This document shows positions 1 to 12,945 of a stretch of DNA of 64,000 nucleotides, one piece after another (the stretch's first letter is position 1; each line of letters starts with the position of its first letter). The DNA is taken from assembly GCF_965152275.1 (NCBI RefSeq), contig NC_134246.1:34404151-34468150 (forward strand), in the 5' to 3' direction. This DNA is from Natator depressus (lineage: Eukaryota). The translations under genes were made by a program, and so were the position numbers. The notes beneath the pieces were generated by a model. It ran no database searches, had not been told where the DNA came from, and saw only the letters and a list, made by a program, of their open reading frames with translations.

Positions 1-510
1 CACCAAGTGGAGTGCCCCAAGGGTCGGTCCTGGGGCCGGTTTTGTTCAATATCTTCATAAATGATCTGGAGGATGGTGTGGATTGCACCCTCAGCAAGTT
101 TGCAGATGACACTAAACTGGGAGGAGAGGTAGATACGCTGGAGGGTAGGGATAGGATACAGAGGGACCTAGACAAATCAGAGGATTGTGCCAAAAGAAAT
201 CTGATGAGGTTCAACAAGGACAAGTGCAGAGTCCTGCACTTAGGACGGAAGAATCCAATGCACCGCTACAGACTAGGGACCAAATGGCTCGGCAGCAGTT
301 CTGCAGAAAAGGACCTAGGGGTTACAGTGGACAAGAAGCTGGATATGAGTCAACAGTGTGCCCTTGTTGCCAAGAAGGCCAATGGCATTTTGGAATGTAT
401 AAGTAGGGGCATTGCCAGCAGATCGAGGGACGTGATCGTTCCCCTCTATTTGACATTGGTGAGGCCTCATCCGGAGTACTGTGTCCAGTTTTGGGCCCCA
501 CACTACAAGA
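1..510 (+). mobile_element. CR1 LINE fragment (ORF2 reverse-transcriptase C-terminal region) joined abruptly to the next CR1 copy
   Basis: ORF 12..551 translates to [22 protein letters not shown]...FWAPHYKK. It is ~95% identical to residues of the 491..2662 ORF. The sequence is duplicated at 1770-2275. Confidence 0.8.
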
Positions 511-2750
511 AGGAGGCAGTGACCATGAGTTGGTTGAGTTCAGGATCCTGACGCAGGGAAGAAAGGTAAGCAGCAGGATACGGACCCTGGACTTCAGGAA
601 AGCAGACTTCGACTCCCTCAGGGAACAGATGGCCAGGATCCCCTGGGGGACTAACATGAAGGGGAAGGGAGTCCAGGAGAGCTGGCTGTATTTCAAGGAA
701 TCCCTGTTGAGGTTACAGGGACAAACCATCCCGATGAGTCGAAAGAATAGTAAATATGGCAGGCGACCAGCTTGGCTTAATGGTGAAATCCTAGCGGATC
801 TTAAACATAAAAAAGAAGCTTACAAGAAGTGGAAGGTTGGACATATGACCAGGGAAGAGTATAAAAATATTGCTCGGGCATGTAGGAAAGATATCAGGAG
901 GGCCAAATCGCACCTGGAGCTGCAGCTAGCAAGAGATGTCAAGAGTAACAAGAAGGGTTTCTTCAGGTATGTTGGCAACAAGAAGAAAGCCAAGGAAAGT
1001 GTGGGCCCCTTACTGAATGAGGGAGGCAACCTAGTGACAGAGGATGTGGAAAAAGCTAATGTACTCAATGCTTTTTTTGCCTCTGTTTTCACTAACAAGG
1101 TCAGCTCCCAGACTGCTGCGCTGGGCATCACAGAATGGGGAAGAGATGGCCAGCCCTCTGTGGAGATAGAGGTGGTTAGGGACTATTTAGAAAAGCTGGA
1201 CGTGCACAAGTCCATGGGGCCGGACGAGTTGCATCCGAGAGTGCTGAAGGAATTGGCGGCTGTGATTGCAGAGCCCTTGGCCATTATCTTTGAAAACTCG
1301 TGGCGAATGGGGGAAGTCCCGGATGACTGGAAAAAGGCGAATGTAGTGCCAATCTTTAAAAAAGGGAAGAAGGAGGATCCTGGGAACTACAGGCCAGTCA
1401 GCCTCACCTCAGTCCCTGGAAAAATCATGGAGCAGGTCCTCAAAGAATCAATCCTGAAGCACTTACACGAGAGGAAAGTGATCAGGAACAGTCAGCATGG
1501 GTTCACCAAGGGAAGGTCATGCCTGACTAATCTAATCGCATTTTATGATGAGATTACTGGTTCTGTGGATGAAGGGAAAGCAGTGGATGTATTGTTTCTT
1601 GACTTTAGCAAAGCTTTTGACACGGTCTCCCACAGTATTCTTGTCAGCAAGTTAAGGAAGTATGGGCTGGATGAATGCACTATAAGGTGGGTAGAAAGCT
1701 GGCTAGATTGTCGGGCTCAACGGGTAGTGATCAATGGCTCCATGTCTAGTTGGCAGCCGGTGTCAAATGGTGTGCCCCAGGGGTCGGTCCTGGGGCCGGT
1801 TTTGTTCAATATCTTCATAAATGATCTGGAGGATGGTGTGGATTGCACTCTCAGCAAATTTGCGGATGATACTAAACTGGGAGGAGTGGTAGATACGCTG
1901 GAGGGGAGGGATAGGATACAGAAGGACCTAGACAAATTGGAGGATTGGGCCAAAAGAAATCTGATGAGGTTCAATAAGGATAAGTGCAGGGTCCTGCACT
2001 TAGGATGGAAGAATCCAATGCACCGCTACAGACTAGGGACCGAATGGCTAGGCAGCAGTTCAGCAGAAAAGGACCTAGGGGTGACAGTGGACGAGAAGCT
2101 GGATATGAGTCAACAGTGTGCCCTTGTTGCCAAGAAGGCCAATGGCATTTTGGGATGTATAAGTAGGGGCATAGCGAGCAGATCGAGGGACGTGATCGTT
2201 CCCCTCTATTCGACACTGGTGAGGCCTCATCTGGAGTACTGTGTCCAGTTTTGGGCCCCACACTACAAGAAGGATGTGGATAAATTGGAGAGAGTCCAGC
2301 GAAGGGCAACAAAAATGATTAGGGGTCTAGAGCACATGACTTATGAGGAGAGGCTGAGGGAGCTGGGATTGTTTAGTCTGCAGAAGAGAAGAATGAGGGG
2401 GGATTTGATAGCTGCTTTCAACTACCTGAAAGGGGGTTCCAAAGAGGATGGCTCTAGACTGTTCTCAATGGTAGCAGATGACAGAACGAGGAGTAATGGT
2501 CTCAAGTTGCAATGGGGGAGGTTTAGATTGGATATTAGGAAAAACTTTTTCACTAAGAGGGTGGTGAAACACTGGAATGCGTTACCTAGGGAGGTGGTAG
2601 AATCTCCTTCCTTAGAGGTTTTTAAGGTCAGGCTTGACAAAGCCCTGGCTGGGATGATTTAACTGGGAATTGGTCCTGCTTCGAGCAGGGGGTTGGACTA
2701 GATGACCTTCTGGGGTCCCTTCCAACCCTGATATTCTATGATTCTAAGGA
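491..2750 (+). mobile_element. CR1 LINE copy, 5'-truncated. It has one uninterrupted 723-aa ORF2 remnant (end of AP-endonuclease, RT, C-terminal domain) plus a 3' UTR ending in an ATTCTATG microsatellite
   Basis: ORF 491..2662 carries RT motifs ([18 protein letters not shown]). The 3' tail reads ggactagatgacc...ccaaccctgatattctatgattcta, typical of a CR1 3' end. Confidence 0.85.
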
Positions 2751-3215
2751 TGTGGAAAAATTGGAAAGAGTCCAGCGGAGGGCAACAAAAATGATTAGGG
2801 GACTGGAACACATGACTTATGAGGAGAGGCTGAGGGAACTGGGATTGTTTAGTCTGCAGAAGAGAAGAATGAGGGGGGATTTGATAGCTGCTTTCAACTA
2901 CCTGAAAGGGGGTTCCAGAGAGGATGGATCGAGACTGTTCTCAGTGGTAGTGGATGACAGAACGAGGAGTAATGGTCTCAAGTTGCAGTGGGGGAGATTT
3001 AGGTTGGATATTAGGAAAAACTTTTTCACTAGGAGGGTGGTGAAACATTGGAATGTGTTACCTAGGGAGGTGGTGGAATCTCGTTTCTTAGAAGTTTTTA
3101 AGGTCAGGCTTGACAAAGACCTGGCTGGGATGATTTAGTTGGGGATTGGTCCTGCTTTGAGCAGGGGATTGGACTAGATGACCTCCGGAGGTACCTTCCA
3201 ACCCTGATATTCTAT
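2750..3215 (+). mobile_element. Short 5'-truncated CR1 copy inserted exactly at the 3' end of the previous copy
   Basis: ORF 2752..3138 matches the last 128 aa of CR1 ORF2. The same 3' UTR and ATTCTATG tail repeat at 3139-3215. Confidence 0.85.
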
Positions 3216-5939
3216 GACATTGAAAGCAAGAGCTTATCATTGTAACACAGTTTTCAATCCACCAGCCTCCTCCTCAGTACATTCCTTAATTGACAGGCAC
3301 AATAAAAACAAAATCATAAATGTAATCTTATGTGAGGGCTGCGATTTCGCTGTGGGCACCCTCTTCTAGAACTACCATCTCCTCCTCCTCATCATCTTCC
3401 TCTTGACAACCAAACCTTTTGCCATCTTTACTAACTTCAGGGGTCACGTCCAGTAACAGCTGATCAAGAGGCCTCTACCAACTATCTCACAGATCTGAAT
3501 ATCGACGCTGTCTTCCTTCAGCAGAAGAGCCTGGTGGTTTCCATATCTTGATCTAACACCAGCCACCAAAAACAGCTTCTGGCCACATCTTTCCTGGCTA
3601 CTTGTTCTGTGATTTGGCCACCCCAAAAGGGTATAGTGCACCACCTTAAGCTAAATGGGGTCATTCCTTCTTTCCAGAGTAATTTCCTTATCTGTAATAG
3701 GGAGGTTGTCTAGAAAAGAGATTCTATATCCAAAATTTTCTTCATGGGCGGCGCATAACGGAGGCTAGGAGAGGCTAAGCCTCCGCAAACCTCGTGCTGC
3801 TGTGTGGGGGGGGAAGGGGTGTCAGTGGCAGATTCCCACATGGCCTATGGGCCTCGGCCAATTTGGGGCCCCTGGAAAAATCTCCCCCAGCTATTGGGGC
3901 AGGGCTGGAGGAGCTCTTGCTCCCCTCTGCAGAGCTTTTCTGTTTTCAGGGCTGCAGCTGTGGGAGGAGGCAGGGACTTGTGGGGGGAGGCAGAGTGGGG
4001 GTGGGGCCATGGGAGAAGGGGATGAATGTGGGGGCTGGTGTGCTCTCTTCAGGGCAGAAAGGAACAAGACCTGTCACTACAACACACGGACAATCTAGTC
4101 AAACCTTTGACCCGGGTGATTTGTGAGCCATGCACGTCAGTGTGGGCAACTGCTTTTCTGCTGGTGTCTGTGGATTTCTTAGGGGAGGGGGAAGATCAGA
4201 CGAGCCAGATGCAGCATTGCAGGGTGGGGAGCCTGGCGCTCTGTCCCTGCTTCTCCATACTCCTTTTTGCCCACCCCCATTCTTCTCCTGTTCATTCTGC
4301 CCCGGGAGCCTCTGCTCCTTTTCGCCTCCCTTCAGCCCAGGCCTCCCGGGCCCAGCAGCAGAAGCATTAAACAGGAGTTCACCTGCCCTCACTGAAGCTG
4401 AGCAAATACGCAATTTTTCAGTTTGGTGGCTAAGGCAAAAAAAAACAGGAAAACAATCGGTTCATTTCTAACCCACACCGTTGTTTTTTCTCTTCAGTTT
4501 TTCTCACTGAAACAAAGAAACTAATAAAAGAAAGAGGGGGAAAGGGTTCGGGTTGAGCAAAACGTCCTGTCAACATTTCGCCTTGGAAATGTGTTAAAAC
4601 AAAATGTGGAAACGCGCCGTTGTGAAAATGTCGGAACAAATCATTTCAACTCTTGAGCAAGTTTTGCCTCATTTTCTAGTCAGCGGAAACCATTTGCTGG
4701 ATTGGACCCAAATCCGTGAATAGTTTTAATGCATTTTAAACCCGCAGCCCAGCTCAGCAGCGTGGCGCAATCAAGGCAGGGACACTCCTGCTCCCGGCTC
4801 GCAGCCAAATGGACGCACGAGACCCCCGGTGGGAAGAGGCAGATGGGGGTGACGGGCTGCAAACGTCACATCCAAGTAACTAGACCTGGCAGCCTTGATT
4901 TAATGTGTCCCCCAGCGTGTTATGTGAGAACCACAGCACCGCCCCCCCCCCCCGCCAAAACCGCCCACAGTTCCCTATGCCCAACAGTCATTTTAACACA
5001 TGTCACAGGTAGATGGTTAAGAATTTAGGGAATACTGCGGAAACTTGTGTTTCTTGGTGCCAAAGAATAATGTCTTTCAGCATTATAAATCCAAAATGTG
5101 AGTATCTTTAAGCGTTATTAAACCTTAGCGTTATTATCGGGCTGTATAATTATGAACTTTCTTTGTTTTAATTGGTTCACATGTAATAAATAAGGTCGAT
5201 AAAAGAAAAGTAACAGCGTTAAAGCTTAATAGACTACGAAAGTGACGACATCACACTCCAAGCGGGTAACCGTGAGGGAGGGGATTATTTTCCAAACAAC
5301 TGGTGTCGGGTTATAACGTTGAAAATGTCATTTTGTTTCCGTGTAAACACTGTTACTAGCTGTTTTAATAGGTAAGTGAGTGTATGTTACTAATCATTGA
5401 ATCTTTAAGCAGTGAAAAGACGTGTTGGGATGGCTGCAATGTGGTTTAAATCACCAACAATGTGGTGGGTGTGTCAGCCATCCTTAACGCTATAATACTT
5501 GCAGTCGGGAGCACAGTACATAACAATATTCAAATGCCCCATGGCAGCAAGAGGAAAAAGAAAACCCTCAGGAGCTGAGTATTGTAAATGAAAGGCTGAG
5601 AAGGAAAAGGACCAAGCAAAACAGCAGGGATCCTTCCTGAAATATCTTCTCTTTAATCCAAATAAAGATGGAAGCAGTTCACAGCATCCAAATGAAGGAA
5701 TTTTCCTTGGAGAGGAGGTTAGCTCACATCCGCATGGAAGCAGTTTGGAACATCAAGATGAAGGTATATTACTTCGAGATGAGGGTAGCTCACATCCACA
5801 AAAAAGCAGTTTGGAAACTCAAGATGATGGAAACTAGATGAAGGCAGCTCACAGCATCAGGCTGATATGGAAGTGGAGAAAATTTATTCACCTTCAGAGC
5901 AAATGTATAAATTGAAGTAAATGAAGTAGAAGGAAGAAA

Positions 5940-6860
5940 GGATGAGGAAGTTACAAACAAGTTACAGTATGGGGATCCAGCTTCATGGCCCAGATGTGAT
6001 GACAGTGTGTGGCAAATTCTTGTGGAACATGGAACCGAACAAGTTCATGAATTTCCCTTCCCTAAGGATGGAAATAAAAGAAAATTCTCTGCTCAGCATT
6101 ACAAGAGGAAACTCATTAATGGGGAAGAAATTCATCGAAACTGGTTCCAATATTCAGTGTCGAAGGACTCTGTGTTTTGCTTTTACTGCAAATTGTTTAG
6201 AAATCAAGGAATTGGTACATCACTTACTGACAATGGTTCGAAGGACTGGAAAAACATATCTTCAATTCTCTCTTCACATGAAAGAAGTACAGAACATTTG
6301 GAATGTTTTCAAAATTGGAAAGAACTTGAATTACAATTGAAAAAAGGAAAAATTATTGATGAAGAAAATTTACGTGTGATCAAGGAAAAAGAAGAACATT
6401 GGCAACAAATACTAGAGCATCTGATTGCTTTAGTCAGAGTTCTTGGTGGGCAAACTTTAGCATTCCGCGGCCATGGTAGAAATGAAAAATTATACACTTC
6501 TGGGTAATGGAAACTTTTAAAAATTTGTTGAATACCTCGCTTTGTTTGATCCAGGCATGAAGGAGCATCTACGTAAAATAACTGATCATGAAACACAGGT
6601 TCATTACTTAGGAAAAAATATGCGGAATGAACTGATTCAAATCCCAGCAAATGCCATTAAAAAAAATTGTAGACGCGGCCCATTCTGCAAAATGCTTTTC
6701 AATAACACTGGACTGTACACCAGATGTGAATCGTGTTGAACAAATCACGATGATCATTCATTTTGTGAATATGGAAAAGTCTGCAGATGAAGATAATGCT
6801 GAAGTGCTCATAAAGGAACATTTTTTGGGTTTCGTACCACTGAAAGAGACGACTTGAGCA
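5940..6860 (+). mobile_element. hAT-derived (ZMYM1-like, TTF-type zinc finger / DUF4371) transposase fragment, decayed
   Basis: ORF 6007..6507 contains CFYCKLF, a TTF-type zinc-finger motif. Frame-shifted continuations lie at 6542..6857. ~60-bp tandem repeats sit just upstream at 5640-5900. Confidence 0.5.
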
Positions 6861-7499
6861 TTTATGACTGAAACTATTCTACAAGAGCCTGAAACAATAT
6901 CATTATCTGTTGAAAATGTGATAGAGGCCAGAGATGAATGACTGCCAAGAGAAGATAGCATGGACCTTCTATTTGTAACACTGGGTCATTGACTAAAAGC
7001 AGAATATTTAAGTCATGAAGGATTTGAATCTGTGACTTTGTGCGTTCAAAGCAGTAGTTTAGCCTCTAGCTCACCCAACGAGAGCCCAGTAGCTTTATAG
7101 CTGGTGTGTGACTATGCTGGCTTTATACTCCAGACTCTTTGGAAGTGGGGTTCTGCTGCCCCGTATCTGTCTTTAGAGGAATTTCCCAGACAATTGTGCA
7201 AAGGGACCAAGGGATGGATTTAGACCTTCAAAGTTGTTTTGCAGACAGCCTAAAGGAGTTAAGTTCTCAGTATAGTCATCAGTAGAGCAGCCCTTTCTAA
7301 CCCACCCTGAGCCACTCCTGCCCCCTCTCCAGAGCTCGTTAGCTCCCCTTAGCAAATATAGTGGCCCAAGCCCATCTGCTCCTCTTTGCAAGCTTTAGCT
7401 GTTTTCTAAATGCAATTTGCAAAACTAGAACCTGCTATAAACCCAGGCCTTCTCTCACCCAAAATGAGAATCCCCTAGATCAATGAACTGGAGAGCAAA

Positions 7500-7931
7500 G
7501 CTACAGCGAAGGGTTAACACCATTATCCAAGGCACTGGTGAGCTCTCATCTGGAATACTGTGCAATTCTGGTCTTCCATGTGTAAGAAAGAGGAATTCAG
7601 ACTGGAACAGGTGCAGAGAAAGGCTACTAGAATGATCAGAGGAATGGAAAATCTGCCTTATGAGAGGAGACTCAAAGAGCTTGGCTTGTTTAGCCTAACC
7701 AAAAGAAGGCTGAGGGGGATACGATCACTCTCTATAAATACATCCAAGGGATAAACACCAGGGAGGGAGAGAAGATATTTAAGTTAAGTGCCAATGTTGA
7801 CACAAGAACTAATGGATATAAACTGGCCATCAACAAGTTTAGGCTTGAAATTAGGTGGAGGTTTCTAACCAATAGACGAGTGAGGTTCTGGAGTAGCCTC
7901 CCAAGGAGACCACTGGGGTAAAAAAAAAAAC
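7500..7931 (+). mobile_element. Old diverged CR1 3' fragment
   Basis: ORF 7560..7754 reads RLEQVQRKATRMIRGMENLPYERRLKELGLFSLTKRRLRG, which is the CR1 ORF2 C-terminus. It ends in an A-run at 7919-7931. Confidence 0.7.
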
Positions 7932-8191
7932 TGACTCCGGTTTGTTACTCAGAGATCAGGAGATAGGAAAGCCCCAATCCAGTTCCCTCGGGCTAGTGCA
8001 AGGGTTTTATTACTGCCTTAACAGGGTTATTTTTCACAAAGGAATAATCTCTGATTACAAACAGACAGGGCTCAGAGACAAAGCAATGGGATGGGATGGA
8101 TGTCTGCATGAAGAGAGATGGAAAAGGAGACGAACGAGAAGGGATGTGTTAGGGTATGTCTACACAGGGGTAAAAGCCCCTCAGCATCGCC

Positions 8192-8838
8192 ATGACTGGC
8201 CTGGGTCAGCTGACTCGAGTATGCAGGTGTCCTAAGGTTTTCCTTCTGTCCACCTTTGATCTAGAGAAGTACGATTTCCATGACCTGGTAGACACTTTGG
8301 ATCATGAACTTACCAATCACAAGAGACGGGCTTTCCTGCTCAGCCTGCCGGACGTTTCTCTACAGATCTTACAAAAGAAGAAGGAAGCCCTAGGACAGTA
8401 GATGTGGAAATTAGCCCTCTTATCGGGAGCTGCCTTTGGAGACGTGGCTGCAATTCCTGGTCTTCATGTCAAAAGTCTCTCTCTTACTTTTAATGTTCCC
8501 ATCTTGCTGAAACGCATTCACGATTATTCCAAGAGCTTCAGCCTGGAGGACGACTCCCTTGCAAAACTCGTTCAGCATTCTGGAAAGTCTGTCAATGACC
8601 TGAAAGCCATGATAAAGACCCCACTGGACGAAGATCTAACAGTCAAATATGCGTGGGAATTACTGAACCATTATTGTCTTCAATGGGAGCTAAATTGAAG
8701 GCCATGACTGAGACTTGGATGCTGGTACCAGATTTTAGTGAGTATTGTGGGAAAGTCCTACCTGTGTTATGTGCCCTCACAGCGAAGGGTAATTATTTTA
8801 GTACTTCCCCAAATATGACCAACTGTTCCAGAACTTAG
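8192..8838 (+). pseudogene. Unidentified protein-coding remnant: ~168 codons in one frame broken by a single in-frame TAG at 8399-8401, then a frameshift
   Basis: ORFs 8192..8401 and 8402..8698 share a frame. 8653..8838 continues in another frame. I recognise no known domain, and the region is flanked by repeats. Confidence 0.3.
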
Positions 8839-9039
8839 ATTGTAGCTTGCAGGTTTTTTGGATTTCAGAGTAAGGAGTTTCAACAAAGAAGATAAATTGT
8901 CCCATTTGCTGTCTAAACAACTAAACATTTCCTACATAAACTTCTTCCCAGGTAGAGAAACTTGCTATTTTTAGGAACATATAATTACAAGTACTCTGAT
9001 ATTCTTTGGGAGCGTAGATATTAAGTCTTCCCTTGACCA

Positions 9040-9885
9040 TCCCCCATCATGAAGAGGAGGTGGTGGGACGGTTAAAGCTTGCTGGTTCCTGTCATAAATA
9101 TAAAGGGAAGGGTAAACCCCTTTAAAATCCCTCCTGGCCAGAGGAAAAATCCTCTCACCTGTAAAGGGTTAAGAAGCTAGGATAACCTCGCTGGCACCTG
9201 ACCAAAATGACCAATGAGGAGACAAGATATTTTCAGAAGCTGGGGGGAAGGAAAAACAAAAGCTCTCTCTCTGTCTGTGTGATGCTTTTGCCGGGGACAG
9301 AACAGGAATGGAGTCTTAGAACTTAGTAAGTAATCTAGCTAGATATGCCTTAGATTCTGTTCGTTTAAAAGGCTGAGAAAATAAGCAGTGCTGAATAGAA
9401 TGGATGTTCCTGTCTTTGTATCTTTTTGTAACTTAAGGTTTTGCCTAGAGGGATTCTCTATGTTTTGAATCTAATTACCCTATAAGGTATTTATCATCCT
9501 GATTTTAAAGAGGTGATTCTTTTTACTTCTATTAAAATTCTTCTTTTAAGAAACTGAATGTTTTTTCATTGTTCTTAAGATCCAAGAGTTTGGGTCTGTG
9601 GTCACCTATGCAAATTGGTGAGGATTTTTATCAAACTTTCCCCAGGAAGTGGGGTGCAAGGTTTTGGGGAGGATTTTGGGGGGAAAGTCGTTTCCAAACG
9701 GCTCTTTCCCAGTAATAAACCCGGTTAGACGTTTGGTGGTGACAGTGAAAGTCCAAGGGCAACAGGTAAAATAGTTTATACCTTGGGGAAGTTTTAACCT
9801 AAGCTGGTAAAAGTAAGCTTAGGAGGTTTTCATGCAGGTCCCCACATCTGTACCCTAGAGTTCAGAGTGAGGAAGGAACCTTGAC
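9040..9885 (+). repeat. Copy 1 of a ~0.83-kb non-autonomous interspersed repeat (internal landmarks gtcataaatataaagggaagggtaa ... ccacatctgtaccctagagttcagagtg)
   Basis: Near-identical copies lie at 22338-23165, 24386-25275, 25276-26034 (rc) and 26795-27510. Confidence 0.7.
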
Positions 9886-10052
9886 AGTTTTGTTTTAAAG
9901 TTTCCAGTCCAAAAAACTGTGTACGCAGAACCAGGCCCCATGTGTTAAGACACCAAATCATAGAATCATAGAATCATAGAATATCAGGGTTGGAAGGGAC
10001 CTCAGGAGGTCATCTAGTCCAACCCCCTGCTCAAAGCAGGACCAATCCCCAA

Positions 10053-11555
10053 TCAAATCATCCCAGCCAAGGCTTTGTCAAGCCTGACCTTAAAAACTTC
10101 CAAGGAAGGAGATTCTACCACCTCCCTAGGTAACGCATTCCAGTGTTTCACCACCCTCCTAGTGAAAAAGTTTTTCCTAATATCCAACCTAAACCTCCCC
10201 CACTGCAACTTGAGACCATTACTCCTTGTCCTGTCCTCTTCTACCACTGAGAATAGTCTAGAACCATCCTCTCTGGAACCACCTCTCAGGTAGTTGAAAG
10301 CAGCTATCAAATCCCCCCTCATTCTTCTCTTCTGCAGACTAAACAATCCCAGTTCCCTCAGCCTCTCCTCATAAGTCATGTGTTCCAGACCCCTAATCAT
10401 TTTTGTTGCCCTTCGCTGGACTCTCTCCAATTTATCCACATCCTTCTTGTAGTGTGGGGCCCAAAACTGGACACAGTACTCCAGATGAGGCCTCACCAAT
10501 GTCGAAGAGAGGGGAACGATCACGTCCCTCGATCTGCTCGCTATGCCCCTACTTATACATCCCAAAATGCCATTGGCCTTCTTGGCAACAACGGCACACT
10601 GTTGACTCATATCCAGCTTCTCGTCCACTGTAACCCCTAGGTCCTTTTCCGCAGAACTGCTGCCTAGCCATTCGGTCCCTAGTCTGTAGCTGTGCATTGG
10701 GTTCTTCTGTCCTAAGTGCAGGACCCTGCACTTATCCTTATTGAACCTCATCAGGTTTCTTTTGGCCCAATCCTCCAATTTGTCTAGGTCCCTCTGTATC
10801 CTATCCCTGCCCTCCAGCGTATCTACCACTCCTCCCAGTTTAGTATCATCCGCAAATTTGCTGAGGGTGCAATCCACACCATCCTCCAGATCATTTATGA
10901 AGATATTGAACAAAACCGGCCCCAGGACCGACCCCTGGGGCACTCCACTTGACACCGGCTGCCAACTAGACATGGAGCCATTGATCACTACCCGTTGAGC
11001 CCAACAATCTAGCCAACTTTCTACCCACCTTATAGTGCATTCATCCAGCCCATACTTCTTTAACTTGCTGACAAGAATACTGTGGGAGACCGTGTCAAAA
11101 GCTTTGCTAAAGTCAAGAAACAATATATCCACTGCTTTCCCTTCATCCACAGAATCAGTAATCTCATCATAGAAGGCTATTAGATTAGTCAGGCATGACC
11201 TTCCCTTGGTGAATCCATACTGACTGTTCCTGATCACTTTCCTCTCATGTAAGTGCTTCAGGATTGATTCTTTGAGGACCTGCTCCATGATTTCTCCGGG
11301 GACTGAGGTGAGGCTGACTGGCCTGTAGTTCCCAGGATCCTCCTTCTTCCCTTTTTTAAAGATTGGCACTACATTAGCCTTTTTCCAGTCATCTGGGACT
11401 TCCCCCGTTCGCCACGAGTTTTCAAAGATAATGGCCAATGGCTCTGCAATCACATCCGCCAATTCCTTTAGCACTCTCGGATGCAACTCGTCCGGCCCCA
11501 TGGACTTGTGCACGTCCAGCTTTTCTAAATAGTCCCTAACCACCTCTTTCTCCAC
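10053..11555 (-). CDS. CR1 ORF2 reverse transcriptase + C-terminal domain (500 aa)
   Basis: 97-99% identical at protein level to the ORF at 491..2662. Confidence 0.85.
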   Translation of the reverse strand: MEKEVVRDYLEKLDVHKSMGPDELHPRVLKELADVIAEPLAIIFENSWRTGEVPDDWKKANVVPIFKKGKKEDPGNYRPVSLTSVPGEIMEQVLKESILKHLHERKVIRNSQYGFTKGRSCLTNLIAFYDEITDSVDEGKAVDILFLDFSKAFDTVSHSILVSKLKKYGLDECTIRWVESWLDCWAQRVVINGSMSSWQPVSSGVPQGSVLGPVLFNIFINDLEDGVDCTLSKFADDTKLGGVVDTLEGRDRIQRDLDKLEDWAKRNLMRFNKDKCRVLHLGQKNPMHSYRLGTEWLGSSSAEKDLGVTVDEKLDMSQQCAVVAKKANGILGCISRGIASRSRDVIVPLSSTLVRPHLEYCVQFWAPHYKKDVDKLERVQRRATKMIRGLEHMTYEERLRELGLFSLQKRRMRGDLIAAFNYLRGGSREDGSRLFSVVEEDRTRSNGLKLQWGRFRLDIRKNFFTRRVVKHWNALPREVVESPSLEVFKVRLDKALAGMI

Positions 11556-12262
11556 AGAGGGCTGGCCATCTACTCCCCATGTTGCGATGCCCAGCGCAGC
11601 AGTCTGGGAGCTGTCCTAGTTAGTGAAGACAGAGGCAAAAAAAGCATTGAGCACATTAGCTTTTTCCACATCCTCTGTCACTAGGTTGCCTCCCTCATTC
11701 AGTAAGGGGCCCACACTTTCCTTGGCTTTCTTCTTGTTGCCAACATACCTGAAGAAACCCTTCTTGTTACTCTTGACATCTCTTGCTAGCTGCAGCTCCA
11801 GGTGCGATTTGGCCCTCCTGATTTCATTCCTACATGCCCGAGCAATATTTTTATACTCTTCCCTGGTCATATGTCCAACCTTCCACTTCTTGTAAGCTTC
11901 TTTTTTTATGTTTAAGATCCGCTAGGATTTCACTGTTAAGCCAAGCTGGTCGCCTGCCATATTTACTATTCTTTCGACTCATCGGGATAGTTTGTCCCTG
12001 TAACCTCAACAGAGATTCCTTGAAATACAGCCAGCTCTCCTGGACTCCTTTCCCCTTCATGTTAGTCCCCCAGGGGATCCTACCCATCCGCTCCCTGAGG
12101 GAGTCGAAGTCTGCTTTCCTGAAGTCCAGGGTCCGTATCCTGCTGCTTACCTTTCTTCCCTGAGTCAGGATTCTGAACTCAACCAACTCATGGTCACTGC
12201 CTCCCAGATTCCCGTCCACTTTTGCTTCCCCCACTAATTCTTCCCTGTTTGTGAGCAGCAGG

Positions 12263-12865
12263 TCAAGAAAAGCTCCCCCCAGTTGGCTCGTCTAGCACTT
12301 GCACCAGGAAATTGTCCCCTACGCTTTCCAAAAACTTCCTGGATTGTCTATGCACCGCTGTATTGCTCTCCCAGCAAATATCAGGAAAATTAAAGTCACC
12401 CATGAGAACCAGGGCGTGCGATCTAGTAGCTTCTGCGAGTTGCCGGAAGAAAGCTTCATCCACCTCATCCCCCTGGTCTGGTGGTCTATAGCAGACTCCC
12501 ACCACTACATCACTCTTGTTGCTCACACTTCTAAACTTAATCCAGAGACACTCAGGTTTTTCTGCAGTTTCGTACCGGAGCTCTGAGCAGTCATACTGCT
12601 CCCTTACATACAGTGCTACTCCACCACCTTTTCTGGCCTGCCTGTCCTTCCTGAACAGTTTATAACCATCCATGACAGTACTCCAGTCATGTGAGTTATC
12701 CCACCAAGTCTCTGTTATTCCAATCACATCATAATTCCTTGACATCACCAGGACCTCCAGTTCTCCCTGCTTGTTTCCAAGGCTTTGTGCATTTGTATAT
12801 AAGCACTTGAGATAACCTGCTGATCGCCCCTCCTTCTCAGTATGAGGCAGGAGCCCGCCTCTCAC
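12263..12865 (-). CDS. CR1 ORF2 apurinic-like endonuclease domain (200 aa)
   Basis: Carries EEP-family motifs (ITETW, GDFN). Confidence 0.75.
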   Translation of the reverse strand: MRGGLLPHTEKEGRSAGYLKCLYTNAQSLGNKQGELEVLVMSRNYDVIGITETWWDNSHDWSTVMDGYKLFRKDRQARKGGGVALYVREQYDCSELRYETAEKPECLWIKFRSVSNKSDVVVGVCYRPPDQGDEVDEAFFRQLAEATRSHALVLMGDFNFPDICWESNTAVHRQSRKFLESVGDNFLVQVLDEPTGGSFS

Positions 12866-12945
12866 AGACGTTCCTGCCTGTGTTTCCTCCCGGTATCCCG
12901 CTTTCCCACTTACCTCAGGGCTTTGGTCTCCTTCCCCCGGTGAAC

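Noticed and set aside
3794-4471. Cluster of overlapping 70-114-aa ORFs in a GC-rich patch
   Set aside because: There is no homology to anything I recognise. The ORFs overlap in all frames and the sequence is low-complexity G-rich. This is probably chance.
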